Position numbers and translations under genes: made by a program | From: an uncultured Bacteroidales bacterium | Lineage (GTDB): Bacteria > Bacteroidota > Bacteroidia > Bacteroidales > VadinHA17 | Assembly (NCBI GenBank): GCA_963701745.1 | Contig: CAVPBE010000004.1 | Location: 7,607-71,606, forward strand | DNA length: 64,000 bases | Reading direction: 5' to 3' | The notes under the pieces: generated by a model | The model's database searches: none | What the model was told of the DNA's origin: nothing | Seen by the model: the letters and a program-made list of their open reading frames with translations, nothing else | Shown here: piece after piece, positions 42,851 through 53,187 of the stretch | Layout: every line of letters begins with the position of its first letter | Position numbering within the stretch: the stretch's first letter is position 1

Positions 42851-42887
42851 TAACGAAAATTTGTTTATTGCACCTGAGAAATAAAAT

Positions 42888-44387
42888 ATGGGGAAAAACA
42901 GGACGGCAGTTATCATAGGAGCAGGTATCGGAGGTATCACCACTGCCGTTTATCTTGCGAAAAAAGGGTATAGTGTAAGTGTTTATGAAAAGAATTCATC
43001 TCCCGGAGGGCGCTGCGGTCAGCTGATACGTGAAGGCCATCGGTTCGACCTTGGGGCAACAATGCTGATGATGCCCGGAATTTACCACGAAACTTTTGAT
43101 TCACTTGGAATAGAGCTTAAAGAAGGAAGTGACATCGTCCGGTTGAAAGATCTTTACACCATCTTTTTTGATGACTGCAGTCGTCTGGCATTTACGAGCG
43201 ACAAGGAGAGAATGAAGGAGCAGCTGGAAAAGATAGAACCAGGAAGCTATAAAAGATCGGAAGAATATATCTCTAAAGGATACAGGATCTTCAGGCTCGG
43301 TATTGACAAACTGATAGGACGGAATTTTTACAATATCTTCCAGATGGTAAATCTGAAAAACGTCCCGCTGCTTTTCAGAATAAAAGCCTTTACTCCCCAT
43401 TATAAATTTGCGCAAAGATTTTTCACCCATCCTCACCTGCTGATGGCATATACTTTTCAGAATATTTATGTGGGGCAAAGTGCTTTTGATGCTCCGGCTC
43501 TTTTTTCAATGGTTCCGGCAGCAGAAATTACTGAAGGTTCATTTTTCCCTTCCGGAGGAGGAATGTTCAGGATTGTAGAAAAAATGCTAAAAGCAGCTGA
43601 AGAGAAAGGGGTGCAATTCTATTACAGCAAACCTGTAAAACAAGTAATCATTACCGGGAAAAAAGCAGATGGAATTATACTTGAGAATGGGACCGAGATA
43701 AGATCCGAAATAATAGTTGCCAATGCCGATCTTCCCTATGTTTACCGGAACCTGCTGCCTGACAAAAGAAAATCAAAACATCTGGACAAATTAAAGTATT
43801 CATGTTCTGCCATCTGTTTTCACTGGGGACTGGATAAGGTCTATCCACAGCTTGACCATCATAATGTTTTTCTGACTGATGGATTCCGTGAAGGTCTCGA
43901 CAGGATCTTCAGGGACAAAACAGTCAGTGAGAATCCATGCTTTTATGTACATGCGCCTGCAAGAACTGATCCCGAGGCTGCTCCAATGAATAATGATACC
44001 ATCTCAGTTGCTGTTGCAACAGGGCATATAGATAAGAATTACAAGCAGGATTGGGACAAAATCATTGACAGTACCAGATTGGCGGTAATTGACCGCCTGA
44101 AACGTCAGGGACTGGAAGATATTGAGCACCATATTAAGTTTGAAATATGTCATTCGCCTGAAAGCTGGGAAAATGCCTGCAATATTTCAAGGGGTTCCGT
44201 CTTTGGAAGCCTGGGGCATAATATTTTCCAGATGGGATATTTTCGTCCCCATAACCGTCATGATAATTACAAAAACATTTATTTTGTTGGAGGAAGCACA
44301 CATCCAGGTAACGGAATTCCAAATGTATTGTTATCGGCAAAACTTGTATCGGAAAGAATTTTTAAAGAAACCAGCGCTGAAGAGTGA
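42888..44387 (+). CDS. crtI: Phytoene desaturase family protein
   Basis: IIGAGIGG, EKNSSPGGR, FDLGAT, VANAD, YFVGGSTHPGNGIP. Confidence 0.88.
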   Translation: MGKNRTAVIIGAGIGGITTAVYLAKKGYSVSVYEKNSSPGGRCGQLIREGHRFDLGATMLMMPGIYHETFDSLGIELKEGSDIVRLKDLYTIFFDDCSRLAFTSDKERMKEQLEKIEPGSYKRSEEYISKGYRIFRLGIDKLIGRNFYNIFQMVNLKNVPLLFRIKAFTPHYKFAQRFFTHPHLLMAYTFQNIYVGQSAFDAPALFSMVPAAEITEGSFFPSGGGMFRIVEKMLKAAEEKGVQFYYSKPVKQVIITGKKADGIILENGTEIRSEIIVANADLPYVYRNLLPDKRKSKHLDKLKYSCSAICFHWGLDKVYPQLDHHNVFLTDGFREGLDRIFRDKTVSENPCFYVHAPARTDPEAAPMNNDTISVAVATGHIDKNYKQDWDKIIDSTRLAVIDRLKRQGLEDIEHHIKFEICHSPESWENACNISRGSVFGSLGHNIFQMGYFRPHNRHDNYKNIYFVGGSTHPGNGIPNVLLSAKLVSERIFKETSAEE

Positions 44388-45331
44388 TGACAAATTCGCA
44401 CAGGGAACAATTCATTGAGAGATTCAACTCAATTGATTTCAATAAGATAATTGATCATCCCAATATACTTATTGCTGCCAATTTCTGGGATGAAGACAGG
44501 TTTTGCGCTGCAAAAACCTGCTACAGGTTTATGCGGACAATTGATGATATGATTGACAATTATAAAGCAGCCAACAGGATGATCGACCCTGAAAAAAGAA
44601 AAGAGTTCATATCTGGCGTCAATGAATGGCTGAAAACGATTATAATTTCGGAAGACTGTAATCCCGAAAAGGCAACGCTAATCAAAACCATCGAAAGGTT
44701 CAGTATCCCGTTATGGCCCCTGGAAGCATTTGCAAAATCAATGATCTACGATATAAATAATGACGGATTTGAATCTCTTGAGTCATTTTTAAATTATGCA
44801 CAGGGAGCTTCGGTTGCTCCGGCGTCGGTCTTTGTCCATCTGAGCGGGCTTACTTCGCACAATGGCCAATATATTATTCCCTCTTTCGATGTAAGAGAAG
44901 CTGCTACTCCTTGCGCCATTTTCAGCTATTTTGTACATATTATCCGTGATTTTCAAAAGGATCAGTTTAATAATCTCAACTATTTTGCTGATGACCTTAT
45001 CATGAAAAATGAACTAACCAGGCGGGATCTTAAAAATATTGCGCACGGAGCACCTGTTCCTGACCGATTCCGTAACCTGATCAGGGAGTATTATACTTTT
45101 GCAGACGGATACAGAAAGAAAACCAGGGAGATCATAGAAAAGATTGGCCCGGCTATGGAGCCAAGGTATCGGCTGAGCCTTGAAATAATATTCAGTCTTT
45201 ATGTGATGGTATTTGAGAGGATCGATGTTGACAAAGGAAACTTTACTTCTTACGAATTAAATCCGACACCTGAGGAGACCAGGGCAAGGGTTTTGGAAAC
45301 AATTATTAGGTTCCCCTCCCTGGAGGGGTAA
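44384..45331 (+). CDS. crtB: Phytoene/squalene synthase family protein
   Basis: YRFMRTIDDMID and HIIRDFQKD aspartate-rich motifs; overlaps the crtI stop. Confidence 0.75.
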   Translation: MMTNSHREQFIERFNSIDFNKIIDHPNILIAANFWDEDRFCAAKTCYRFMRTIDDMIDNYKAANRMIDPEKRKEFISGVNEWLKTIIISEDCNPEKATLIKTIERFSIPLWPLEAFAKSMIYDINNDGFESLESFLNYAQGASVAPASVFVHLSGLTSHNGQYIIPSFDVREAATPCAIFSYFVHIIRDFQKDQFNNLNYFADDLIMKNELTRRDLKNIAHGAPVPDRFRNLIREYYTFADGYRKKTREIIEKIGPAMEPRYRLSLEIIFSLYVMVFERIDVDKGNFTSYELNPTPEETRARVLETIIRFPSLEG

Positions 45332-45405
45332 GGGGTGGGTAAGAAGTCAGATTATAAAAAAATTTTCACAGAGAATCACGGAGAAATACACTGAGGGCCA
45401 CAGAG
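45312..45405. repeat. CCCCTCC hairpin repeat (overlapping crtB stop) followed by a CACAGAG-type array
   Basis: TCCCCTCCCTGGAGGGGTAAGGGGTGGG; CACAGAG, CACGGAG, CACTGAG, CACAGAG at 45367-45405. Confidence 0.6.
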
Positions 45406-45424
45406 TTATTAACAAAATACCCTT

Positions 45425-46366
45425 ATGATAAAGTACTTGATCACCATTCTCTTTCTGGCATCTACCCTGTTGTCATCGTCCCAGACCAGCAAGGTGTACC
45501 TGTTTTCATATTTCACAGGGAATGGGGAAGACGGCCTTCACCTTGCTTACAGCCGCGATGGTTTGACATTTACTGCCCTGAATAACGGCAAATCCTTCCT
45601 GAAACCTGTTGTTGGAGTTTCAAAGCTCATGCGCGATCCTTGCATAATCCAAACACCTGATGGTACTTTTCACATGGTATGGACAGCAGGCTGGAGCGAA
45701 AGAGGTATAGGGTACTCTTCTTCAAAAGATCTTATAAACTGGACGGAACAGAAATACATTATGGTGATGGAAAAGGAACCAGCAGCCCTTAATTGCTGGG
45801 CACCTGAAATTTCGTACGACAGGAAGAAAAAACAGTTCCTTATTATCTGGTCCACCACAATCCCGGGACGGTTTCCTGAAACTGAAAAAGCTGGGGATAC
45901 AGGTTATAACCATCGTATTTACTCTGTTACTACCAAAGATTTTGTCACTTTTTCAGAAACCCGGCTATTCTATGATAATGGATTCAACGTGATAGATGCA
46001 ACAATTAACAGGATCGGCAATAAGTATGTCATGTTTGTAAAGGATGAAACAAAGAATCCTCCTCAAAAGAATATAAGGCTAACAAACAGCAAAAGTATGT
46101 ATGGTCCGTTCAGCGCTCCTTCAGAACCAATTACTGGAAATTACTGGGCCGAAGGGCCATCCTCAATAAAGATAAATGGTATCTGGCACGTCTATTTTGA
46201 TAAATATATGGATAAGAAAATGGGTGCCGTCATCTCTAAAGACTTGATATCATGGGAAGATATTTCTGATAAAATAACTTTCCCTTATGGAGTCAGGCAT
46301 GGGACCGTTTTCAATTCAGATATGAAATTTCTTCAAAATCTTTTAACTAATGGGCAAATACGTTAA
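45425..46366 (+). CDS. GH43-like glycoside hydrolase
   Basis: GLHLAYS, MRDP, FHMVWT, WAPE, VIDAT, WAEGP. Confidence 0.85.
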   Translation: MIKYLITILFLASTLLSSSQTSKVYLFSYFTGNGEDGLHLAYSRDGLTFTALNNGKSFLKPVVGVSKLMRDPCIIQTPDGTFHMVWTAGWSERGIGYSSSKDLINWTEQKYIMVMEKEPAALNCWAPEISYDRKKKQFLIIWSTTIPGRFPETEKAGDTGYNHRIYSVTTKDFVTFSETRLFYDNGFNVIDATINRIGNKYVMFVKDETKNPPQKNIRLTNSKSMYGPFSAPSEPITGNYWAEGPSSIKINGIWHVYFDKYMDKKMGAVISKDLISWEDISDKITFPYGVRHGTVFNSDMKFLQNLLTNGQIR

Positions 46367-46718
46367 TGATCATCTCATTAAAGATGAATCAGTTGCTTTC
46401 GAAACAAAGTATCACTGGGTAATCTTTTTTACTCTAAAATCACTTTTTACCCTCACAATAGCCCCCATGATTCAAAGGGCATTGTCAGAATTTGTTATTA
46501 CGAACCGAAGGATAATCATAAAAATGGGCTTCATTGCCAGGAGCACTTTTGAAATGAATCTGTCGAAGATCGAAACTGTGAATGTCGATCAGACAGTAAT
46601 GGGGCGGATCCTGAACTATGGGTCAATAACAATCATTGGTACAGGCGGGACAAAAGAGACCTTTCACAATATTTCAAAGCCGCTCGAATTCAGAAAAGCA
46701 TTCCAGGAGCTCTGTTAA
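46350..46718 (+). CDS. Bacterial PH-domain (bPH_2) protein
   Basis: EFVITNRRII.K.GFI, KIETVNVDQ..GRILNYG. Confidence 0.85.
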   Translation: MGKYVNDHLIKDESVAFETKYHWVIFFTLKSLFTLTIAPMIQRALSEFVITNRRIIIKMGFIARSTFEMNLSKIETVNVDQTVMGRILNYGSITIIGTGGTKETFHNISKPLEFRKAFQELC

Positions 46719-46778
46719 TACTGAAAACCGTTTGCCTGTCTCATTTGTTTAGTATTAAGAACTTAAGTATTATCATAA

Positions 46779-48564
46779 ATGCCATTTAAAAGAAATAATC
46801 TCAATAATGCGTCTTCTCCTTATCTCCTTCAGCATACTGAGAATCCAGTCTGGTGGCAGGAATGGAGTCCGGATGTCATCAGACATGCCGAACTTGAGAA
46901 AAAACCTTTATTTGTTTCGGTCGGATATTCGACCTGCCACTGGTGCCATGTGATGGCTTCAGAGGCGTTTTCGGATAGGGATACTGCCGATTACCTTAAC
47001 TCACATTATGTTTGCATTAAGATTGACAGGGAGCAGAGACCTGATATTGACCAGTTTCTCATGGATTTCATCAACAGACAGAATGGAAGCGGCGGATGGC
47101 CTCTTAATGTATTTCTGACAGAGGATCTCAGACCTGTGTATGCTCTAACCTATGCGCCCGTAAAACATCGGAATCCAGATTTTTCCCTCCTTTCGGTTGC
47201 AAGGAAGGTATTTGAATTCATTGAACAAAAAAAAGAGATTATTCCACAATTCAATCCGGAGAAATATGATCCTCCATTTTCAGATCATGAAAACCTGGTT
47301 GAAGCAATAATTAGATACTTTGATCGTGATAACGGTGGATTCGGAAACAGCCAGAAGTTTCCATCACATACTACATTACTTTACTTATTATACTTTCAGG
47401 CTTCAGAAGAAAATGACTCTGTAAGGAATATCTGCATCAAAACTCTTGATGCTATGAGGCTCAGAGGACTTAATGACCATCTTCAGGGTGGTATTTTCAG
47501 ATATTGTGTCGACCCGGAATGGACCATCCCCCATTTTGAAAAGATGCTTTATGACCAGGCCATGGCACTCTGGGTATATGCGCTTGGGGTTCAGGTTGAC
47601 CGGTAATTTTGTTTACAAATCAATGGCTGAGAAGATAACAATCTGCCTTGAAGATTCTTTTAAGGAAGGTGAATTCTATATTTCGGCTCATGATGCAGAC
47701 ACAGGACATGAGGAAGGGGCAACTTATCTGTGGAGCTATAATGAGCTGGAGGAGATCCTTACTACTGAAGAATTCAACCGGTTATCTGAAACATATATAA
47801 TCGGTAAGGATGGGAATTTTGACGGAAGGATCCATCTGATCAGGAGGAATGATAATTCAATTAAGGAGATTGAAGACAAGCTTCTATCATTCCGTAAAGG
47901 CAGGGAACAACCTTCAAGAGACGGGAAGATAATCTCCGGCATTAATGCTCTTACCGCCATTTCTTTAATTCAGGCCGGCCGGTATCTTGACAATAGTGAT
48001 CTGGTGACAAAGGCTGATTCTCTGGTTCATAATATCATTCATAAATTCTGGAATGGGAAAACACTCGGCCATTCATTTTTCAATGGTTCACTACAGGAAC
48101 AAAGTTTCCTTTCCGATGCTGCATCCCTGCTTACTGCAGTCAGTATGCTTTATGAGCATGACCGGTCTTGGGAGGGAATGATGTCAATAATGGCAAGATA
48201 TGTCAATACATTTAAAGATGGAGATAACTGGATTGAATCGAAAGCTGATGATTTTCCTTCCGTTAGTGCTTCCTGGTTTGATCATCCGGTTCCTTCAGGA
48301 ATGAGTATGACATGGATGGGAATGACCAGAGCCATGTTAATGTCGGGAGGGGAGACAACCCCAATGGAATTCAGGCAACCTCTTCAGGCTGATTTCTATA
48401 ACGTTGCAGCAATGATCTCAAATGGTCTTTTTCATGTTTTTACCACAAAGAAATTTGTCCCATGGAATATGCTGCCGGCAAATTCCTTGCAGAAGCGAGG
48501 AGAACCCGAGAATGATTGCTTCAGGGGAGTATGTAAAAATTATTCCCCGCCAGTTATTGAATAG
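46779..48564 (+). CDS. YyaL/DUF255 thioredoxin-domain protein (one frameshift near 47585)
   Basis: SPYLLQH..NPV.W, GYSTCHWCHVM, GGWPL, PHFEKMLYDQA; continues in ORF 47473 (SAHDADT...EGATYLW). Confidence 0.85.
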
Positions 48565-49275
48565 TTATGCTTTTCTCAGAAAGATCCAGAGGCTAATCAG
48601 AGCCACAAGCGAAAGGGCAACTATTGCAGAAATAAATATTGACCTGTAGTCATCCTGCCTCTTTATGGCAATACCGATAAATGCCCATACTACAGCCAAT
48701 CCGATAAAAGGATTTTTCAGCCTGTAAACAGTCAGCCCAATGAGCACTGTACCAATGAAGATCATTATAATTGTCCAGGTTTCCTGCGGAATATTGAATC
48801 CGGCCCATTTTAAATTTACAAGTAAAGCTGTAACATTGGCTATAGTAGCAATGCAGATCCAGCCCAGGTAGACGCCGAAGGTTGCTTTTATGATCCCGAA
48901 TGGCAGTTCACGGATTGAAATATTTATCAGGATAAGGGTCACGAGCAATCCGATCATAACAATCAGCGATAACGGCAGTTTGCCGTAATGCCAGAATATA
49001 ATCCATATTGCATTCAGTATGCATGAGATGCTGAACAGCCAGCTTATATCCGAAATAACCACCCTGCCTGATCCAGTGAACTGTACTACACAATAAACTA
49101 TTAGAAGCAGATAAATAACACCCCATATTGAGAAAGTAAGTCCGGCCGGAACAAAAAGATTGGGAAAAGAGTCAGAGAGCTCTCCGGTAGTTTTATTATT
49201 CAATGGAAGTGCATTGGCCAGATAGTTCATTACCAGCATTCCGGCAAACAGAACAATATTTAAATATTTAACCAT
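48565..49275 (-). CDS. TspO-like tryptophan-rich membrane protein
   Basis: FVPAGLTFSIWGVIY, LNAIWIIFW, YLGWICIATIAN; TATATTTG box on the minus strand at 49304-49311. Confidence 0.7.
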   Translation of the reverse strand: MVKYLNIVLFAGMLVMNYLANALPLNNKTTGELSDSFPNLFVPAGLTFSIWGVIYLLLIVYCVVQFTGSGRVVISDISWLFSISCILNAIWIIFWHYGKLPLSLIVMIGLLVTLILINISIRELPFGIIKATFGVYLGWICIATIANVTALLVNLKWAGFNIPQETWTIIMIFIGTVLIGLTVYRLKNPFIGLAVVWAFIGIAIKRQDDYRSIFISAIVALSLVALISLWIFLRKA

Positions 49276-49379
49276 GGCAAAATTAAATTTGAGGTTATAT
49301 GATCAAATATAAGAAATTAAAACAGCACTGTTACCTTTACAATACTTTCTACATTTGAAGTTATTTAAAACCACGGGGC

Positions 49380-49802
49380 ATGTATCAGAAAGATTATATT
49401 CTCAGGATGATGGAGATGCTTGGTGACCTGTTGGCTGCAATTTTCGGTTTGATAAAAAAGGGAGATTACAAGAAAGCTTCTGAACAGCTCAGTAAGATCT
49501 ATTTTAACATGCTTAAAGAAGATGCCGCCTTCTTCAGGGCAATACCTGCAAAGGACCTGACCAATAAACTGATGAAAGAACATAATTATACAAACGGTCA
49601 TCTTGAGATCCTTGCAGAGCTTTTCAATGCTGAAGCTGAACTGGAGATTACACAGGGACATAAATCGGATTCTCTGGAATACCTTGAGAAATCACTTATG
49701 CTTTTTGAGTTCATCGACAGGGAGCAAAAGACTTATTCTGCTGAAAGACAGAAAAAGATGAACTCTATAAGAGAAAAAATTCAAGCTATAAGATTGGGCT
49801 AA
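49380..49802 (+). CDS. Helical hypothetical protein (DUF6483-like)
   Basis: MYQKDYILRMME N-terminus; TACATTTG box upstream. Confidence 0.6.
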   Translation: MYQKDYILRMMEMLGDLLAAIFGLIKKGDYKKASEQLSKIYFNMLKEDAAFFRAIPAKDLTNKLMKEHNYTNGHLEILAELFNAEAELEITQGHKSDSLEYLEKSLMLFEFIDREQKTYSAERQKKMNSIREKIQAIRLG

Positions 49803-49906
49803 AACCAACGGTAATTGAATCAGGAGTAGGGGTTGGTCTTAATTGCCGTCAGCTTTAGCTGACGGATGCAGAAGCTTCTCCCCTTTCAGGGACTTCAGTC
49901 CCTGAA
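49794..49906. repeat. REP-like palindrome cluster at the 3' side of tnpA
   Basis: CCGTCAGC-TTTA-GCTGACGG and TTCAGGGAC-TTCA-GTCCCTGAA; the same units recur at 50432-50800. Confidence 0.85.
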
Positions 49907-50329
49907 TTTCTCAAGATTGTATTCCTCAATTAACTTGTTCAATTCTTCTTCAAGTGTAACTTTTTTGTGATGTTGAACCTGATTCCTGATATACTTCCTC
50001 AGTTCATTCAACTGATTCATCCCTATTGATACTGCATAGTAATCATCCTGCCATTCAAATTTTAATTTTGTCAGGCTATTCTTGTTGATCCAGAAAGAAC
50101 TTTCTCCCTTGATCTGTTGCATTATTTCAGAAGTGTTTTGTTTACCCCCCAACGATAGTATAATATGCAAATGATCATAATAACCATTTATTTGATCTAT
50201 ATAAATTCCTTTTGATTTTGCATTCTCGCGAATATGTAAGATGACACTACCTCTTATGTGATCCTGCAAATATGGAATTCTGTTTTTTGTGGTCCACACA
50301 CAGTGAACCCAGATCCTTATGAATGACAT
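49895..50329 (-). mobile_element. tnpA: IS200/IS605-family Y1 HUH transposase, no tnpB
   Basis: HCVWTTKNR, HUH motif DHLH, KGESS, FEWQDDY, catalytic Tyr in YIRNQ. Confidence 0.9.
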
Positions 50330-50431
50330 ATTTTAGGAATTAACAGCGTTTGACAGGATTAAAGTTAAGATTTCTTAGTCAAAAAATAAAATCCTATTGC
50401 AGGTTATTGGATGATTTCTAGAGAAAGCCTC

Positions 50432-50800
50432 AATTGCCGGATGCTGAAGCTTCTCCCCCTTTCAGGGACTTTAGTCCCTCATCCTTGTTGGGCTGAAGCC
50501 CCAAAAAGTGTGTTGTGCCTATCCGTTGGCTGAAGCCAACGGTAATTGATTCACCTATAAAAGTTATTCTCAATTGCCGTCAGCTTTAGCTGACGGATGC
50601 TGAAGCTTCTCCCCCTTTCAGGGACTTTAGTCCCTCATCCTTGTTGGGCTGAAGCCCCAAAAAGTGTGTTGTGCCTATCCGTTGGCTGAAGCCAACGGTA
50701 ATTGATTCACCGATAAAAGTTATTCTTAATTGCCGTCAGCTTTAGCTGACGGATGCAGAAGCCATTGGTAATTGAATCACAGTAAGAAATTCTTCAATTG
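50432..50800. repeat. 156-bp tandem array of REP-like palindromes (BIME-like) at the 5' side of tnpA
   Basis: Units start at 50432 (16-nt deletion), 50572 and 50728 (partial); hairpins CCGTCAGC/GCTGACGG, AGGGAC/GTCCCT, GGGC-TGAA-GCCC, CCGTTGGC/GCCAACGG. Confidence 0.9.
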
Positions 50801-50943
50801 CCTGAAAAAATTTCAATGATTCAAATTATCTCATCCTGAATCTGTTGCCGACACAATATTTTACCAGATTATCCGCTATAAAATCGATTGGCACAAGTTT
50901 TGCCATTAAAAGATTGTAACAAGTTCTTTAAACAATAAACGTC

Positions 50944-52179
50944 ATGAAAAGATTCTTAACTACCTCGATACTTGCAACAATGCTTGCAGTCGGGACCGCA
51001 CTTATGGCTCAGGATTATCCGGATGAATATCTGGGTCTGCCCGGAGATAATTTAAACCTCTATGCCGTAATGAATTTATTCCAGAAATCTGAAACCATTG
51101 AAGGTTTTGAAAGAAGCCTTAACGATGAGAACACCAGGATAAATAACCTGGATCTTAATAATGATAACTATATCGATTATATTAAGGTGGCTGACTATGT
51201 CGACGGTAACGTCCATACAATAGTCCTGCAGGATGTCCTTGACCGGAATGAAAGTCAGGATGTGGCTGTCTTCACCGTCGAAAAGCTCCGTGACGGATCG
51301 GTACAGATACAGCTTATAGGAGATGAAGCCTTATATGGGAAAAACTATATTGTGGAGCCCAAATATGCCGAGACACCAAACCCCGGTTATACAGGCAGGA
51401 CAAACAGGAAGAATGTAAGTGTTGTTACAAACAACTATATTATGGTTGATTCGTGGCCGCTTGTAAGGTATATTTATCTTCCCAATTATTCAGTATGGCA
51501 CTCTTCGTGGTACTGGGGTTATTACCCTGAATACTGGCACCCATGGCGCCCTTACTATTGGCACTACTATTACGGATACCATTATAACTGGTTCCCTGAG
51601 TACTACAGTCACTTCCATCGTTACGACCATCCACGTTATGCACACTGGAACGATTTCTACTACAGCAATAAGAGGGTTTATTCAAAAAATGTCGTGATCA
51701 ATGTAAATGAAGGCCATTATAAAAATACTTACTCACGTCCCGAGCAGAGACGGGAAGGCGAAGCCCTTTATGCAAAAGTACATCCCGAAAGAGCATCAAG
51801 TATGTCGACCGGAAACAGCAATAGCAGAAGACAGGCTTCTGAAGGTGTCTCCAACAGGCAGTCTGTCGGATCAGATAATGGAACTTCAAGACGTTCAACA
51901 GGTACAGTAGAAGGTAATACAAGGGCTAATACAAATTCCTCTGGAGGGCAGAGTACTGTTACTAACAGGAGATCATCATCTGAAACAGTTGGTTCAAGAC
52001 CTGCTTCAAGCTCAAAATCAGATCAGAAGGCTGAACCTTCAAGAACGACCAGACAGCAGTCGACGGGACAAAGCTCCTCAACACGCAGAACAACAGAGAG
52101 AGCAAAAAAAGAAACTGTTATAAGGCAGAGCTCCTCAACAAAAAAAGAATCTGAAAGCAGTTCAACTCGCAGGAAATAA
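50944..52179 (+). CDS. Secreted hypothetical protein with EF-hand-like loop, aromatic-rich segment and Ser/Arg/Thr-rich tail
   Basis: Signal peptide; DLNNDNYID; WHSSWYWGYYPEYWHPW; low-complexity C-terminus. Confidence 0.7.
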   Translation: MKRFLTTSILATMLAVGTALMAQDYPDEYLGLPGDNLNLYAVMNLFQKSETIEGFERSLNDENTRINNLDLNNDNYIDYIKVADYVDGNVHTIVLQDVLDRNESQDVAVFTVEKLRDGSVQIQLIGDEALYGKNYIVEPKYAETPNPGYTGRTNRKNVSVVTNNYIMVDSWPLVRYIYLPNYSVWHSSWYWGYYPEYWHPWRPYYWHYYYGYHYNWFPEYYSHFHRYDHPRYAHWNDFYYSNKRVYSKNVVINVNEGHYKNTYSRPEQRREGEALYAKVHPERASSMSTGNSNSRRQASEGVSNRQSVGSDNGTSRRSTGTVEGNTRANTNSSGGQSTVTNRRSSSETVGSRPASSSKSDQKAEPSRTTRQQSTGQSSSTRRTTERAKKETVIRQSSSTKKESESSSTRRK

Positions 52180-52203
52180 GAAATATCTCATGACAAAATA
52201 ACG

Positions 52204-52264
52204 CCCCCCTTCTCCCCTGAAGGGGGGTTTTTATTTTGATTTAAGGGGAGGGGTTGGGGAGAGG
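52204..52264 (+). terminator. C/G-rich hairpin repeat acting as probable terminator
   Basis: CCCCCCTT-N8-AAGGGGGG followed by TTTTT, then a partner G-rich half. Confidence 0.55.
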
Positions 52265-52337
52265 TCTATTAGCTCAGGGCTTGGGATTTTGCTTTTTTAT
52301 ATATCTTTATATTGTTTCTTATGCCATTTGTAAGATC

Positions 52338-53129
52338 ATGTTACGTTATTTATCCATGTTATCAGCTTTGTTTGCTTTATCCCCGGGATTTGCTCCTGAA
52401 AAAAAACCAAAACCAACCATTTATCTTATCGGCGATTCAACAGTTAAGAACGGAAGCGGCAAAGGAGAAGGAGGATTATGGGGCTGGGGAGCTTTTCTGA
52501 ATACTCAGATCGACACATCGGAAGTTTCAATCAGAAATTATGCCATGGGCGGAAGGAGCAGCAGAACATTTATAAGTGAAGGGCTATGGGATAAAGTACT
52601 GGCAAAGCTGAAGCCTGGCGATTATGTTTTCATCCAGTTCGGGCATAATGACAGCAGCCCGGTAAACGATAACAGCCGTGCAAGGGGTACACTAAAGGGA
52701 ACCGGTGAAGAAACCGAGGAAATTGACAATATCCTTACAAAGAAGCATGAGATAGTCCATACATACGGATGGTACATCCGGAAATATATTTCTGATGCAA
52801 AAGCGAAAGGAGCCATTCCGGTAGTTTGCTCCCTGGTTCCGAGGAATATGTGGGAAAACGGAAAGGTTTTAAGGGCTTCAGAGGATTACGGGAAGTGGGC
52901 TAAAGAATCAGCTCAGGAAGGAAAGGCATATTTTATCGATCTGAATGAGATTATCGCTGCAAAATATGATCCTCTGGGGGAAAATGAAGTCACTGCAAAG
53001 CTTTTTCTGACCGATCATACGCATACAAATGAGACCGGAGCAATTATAAATGCACAGGGAGTAGCTGAAGGAATCAGGCAACTGAATAGATGTAAGCTTA
53101 AGAAATTTCTTTCGCCCCCTGCCCCCTAA
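52338..53129 (+). CDS. Rhamnogalacturonan acetylesterase-like SGNH hydrolase (CE12)
   Basis: IGDSTV, AMGGRSSRTF, QFGHND, DHTHTN; start trimmed to ATG 52338. Confidence 0.88.
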   Translation: MLRYLSMLSALFALSPGFAPEKKPKPTIYLIGDSTVKNGSGKGEGGLWGWGAFLNTQIDTSEVSIRNYAMGGRSSRTFISEGLWDKVLAKLKPGDYVFIQFGHNDSSPVNDNSRARGTLKGTGEETEEIDNILTKKHEIVHTYGWYIRKYISDAKAKGAIPVVCSLVPRNMWENGKVLRASEDYGKWAKESAQEGKAYFIDLNEIIAAKYDPLGENEVTAKLFLTDHTHTNETGAIINAQGVAEGIRQLNRCKLKKFLSPPAP

Positions 53130-53182
53130 AGGGGGTTCATTATATCCTGAATATCAGCCCCCCTTCAGGGGGGTTGGGGGGC
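53115..53182. repeat. Inverted pair of C/G-rich hairpins between convergent genes
   Basis: CCCCCTGCCCCC-TAAA-GGGGG ... CCCCCC-TTCA-GGGGGGTTGGGGGG. Confidence 0.65.
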
Positions 53183-53187
53183 GGTTA

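Noticed and set aside
50432-50800. Possible CRISPR or guide-RNA array beside a transposase
   Set aside because: Inter-hairpin segments are duplicated rather than variable, and there is no tnpB/iscB/cas gene
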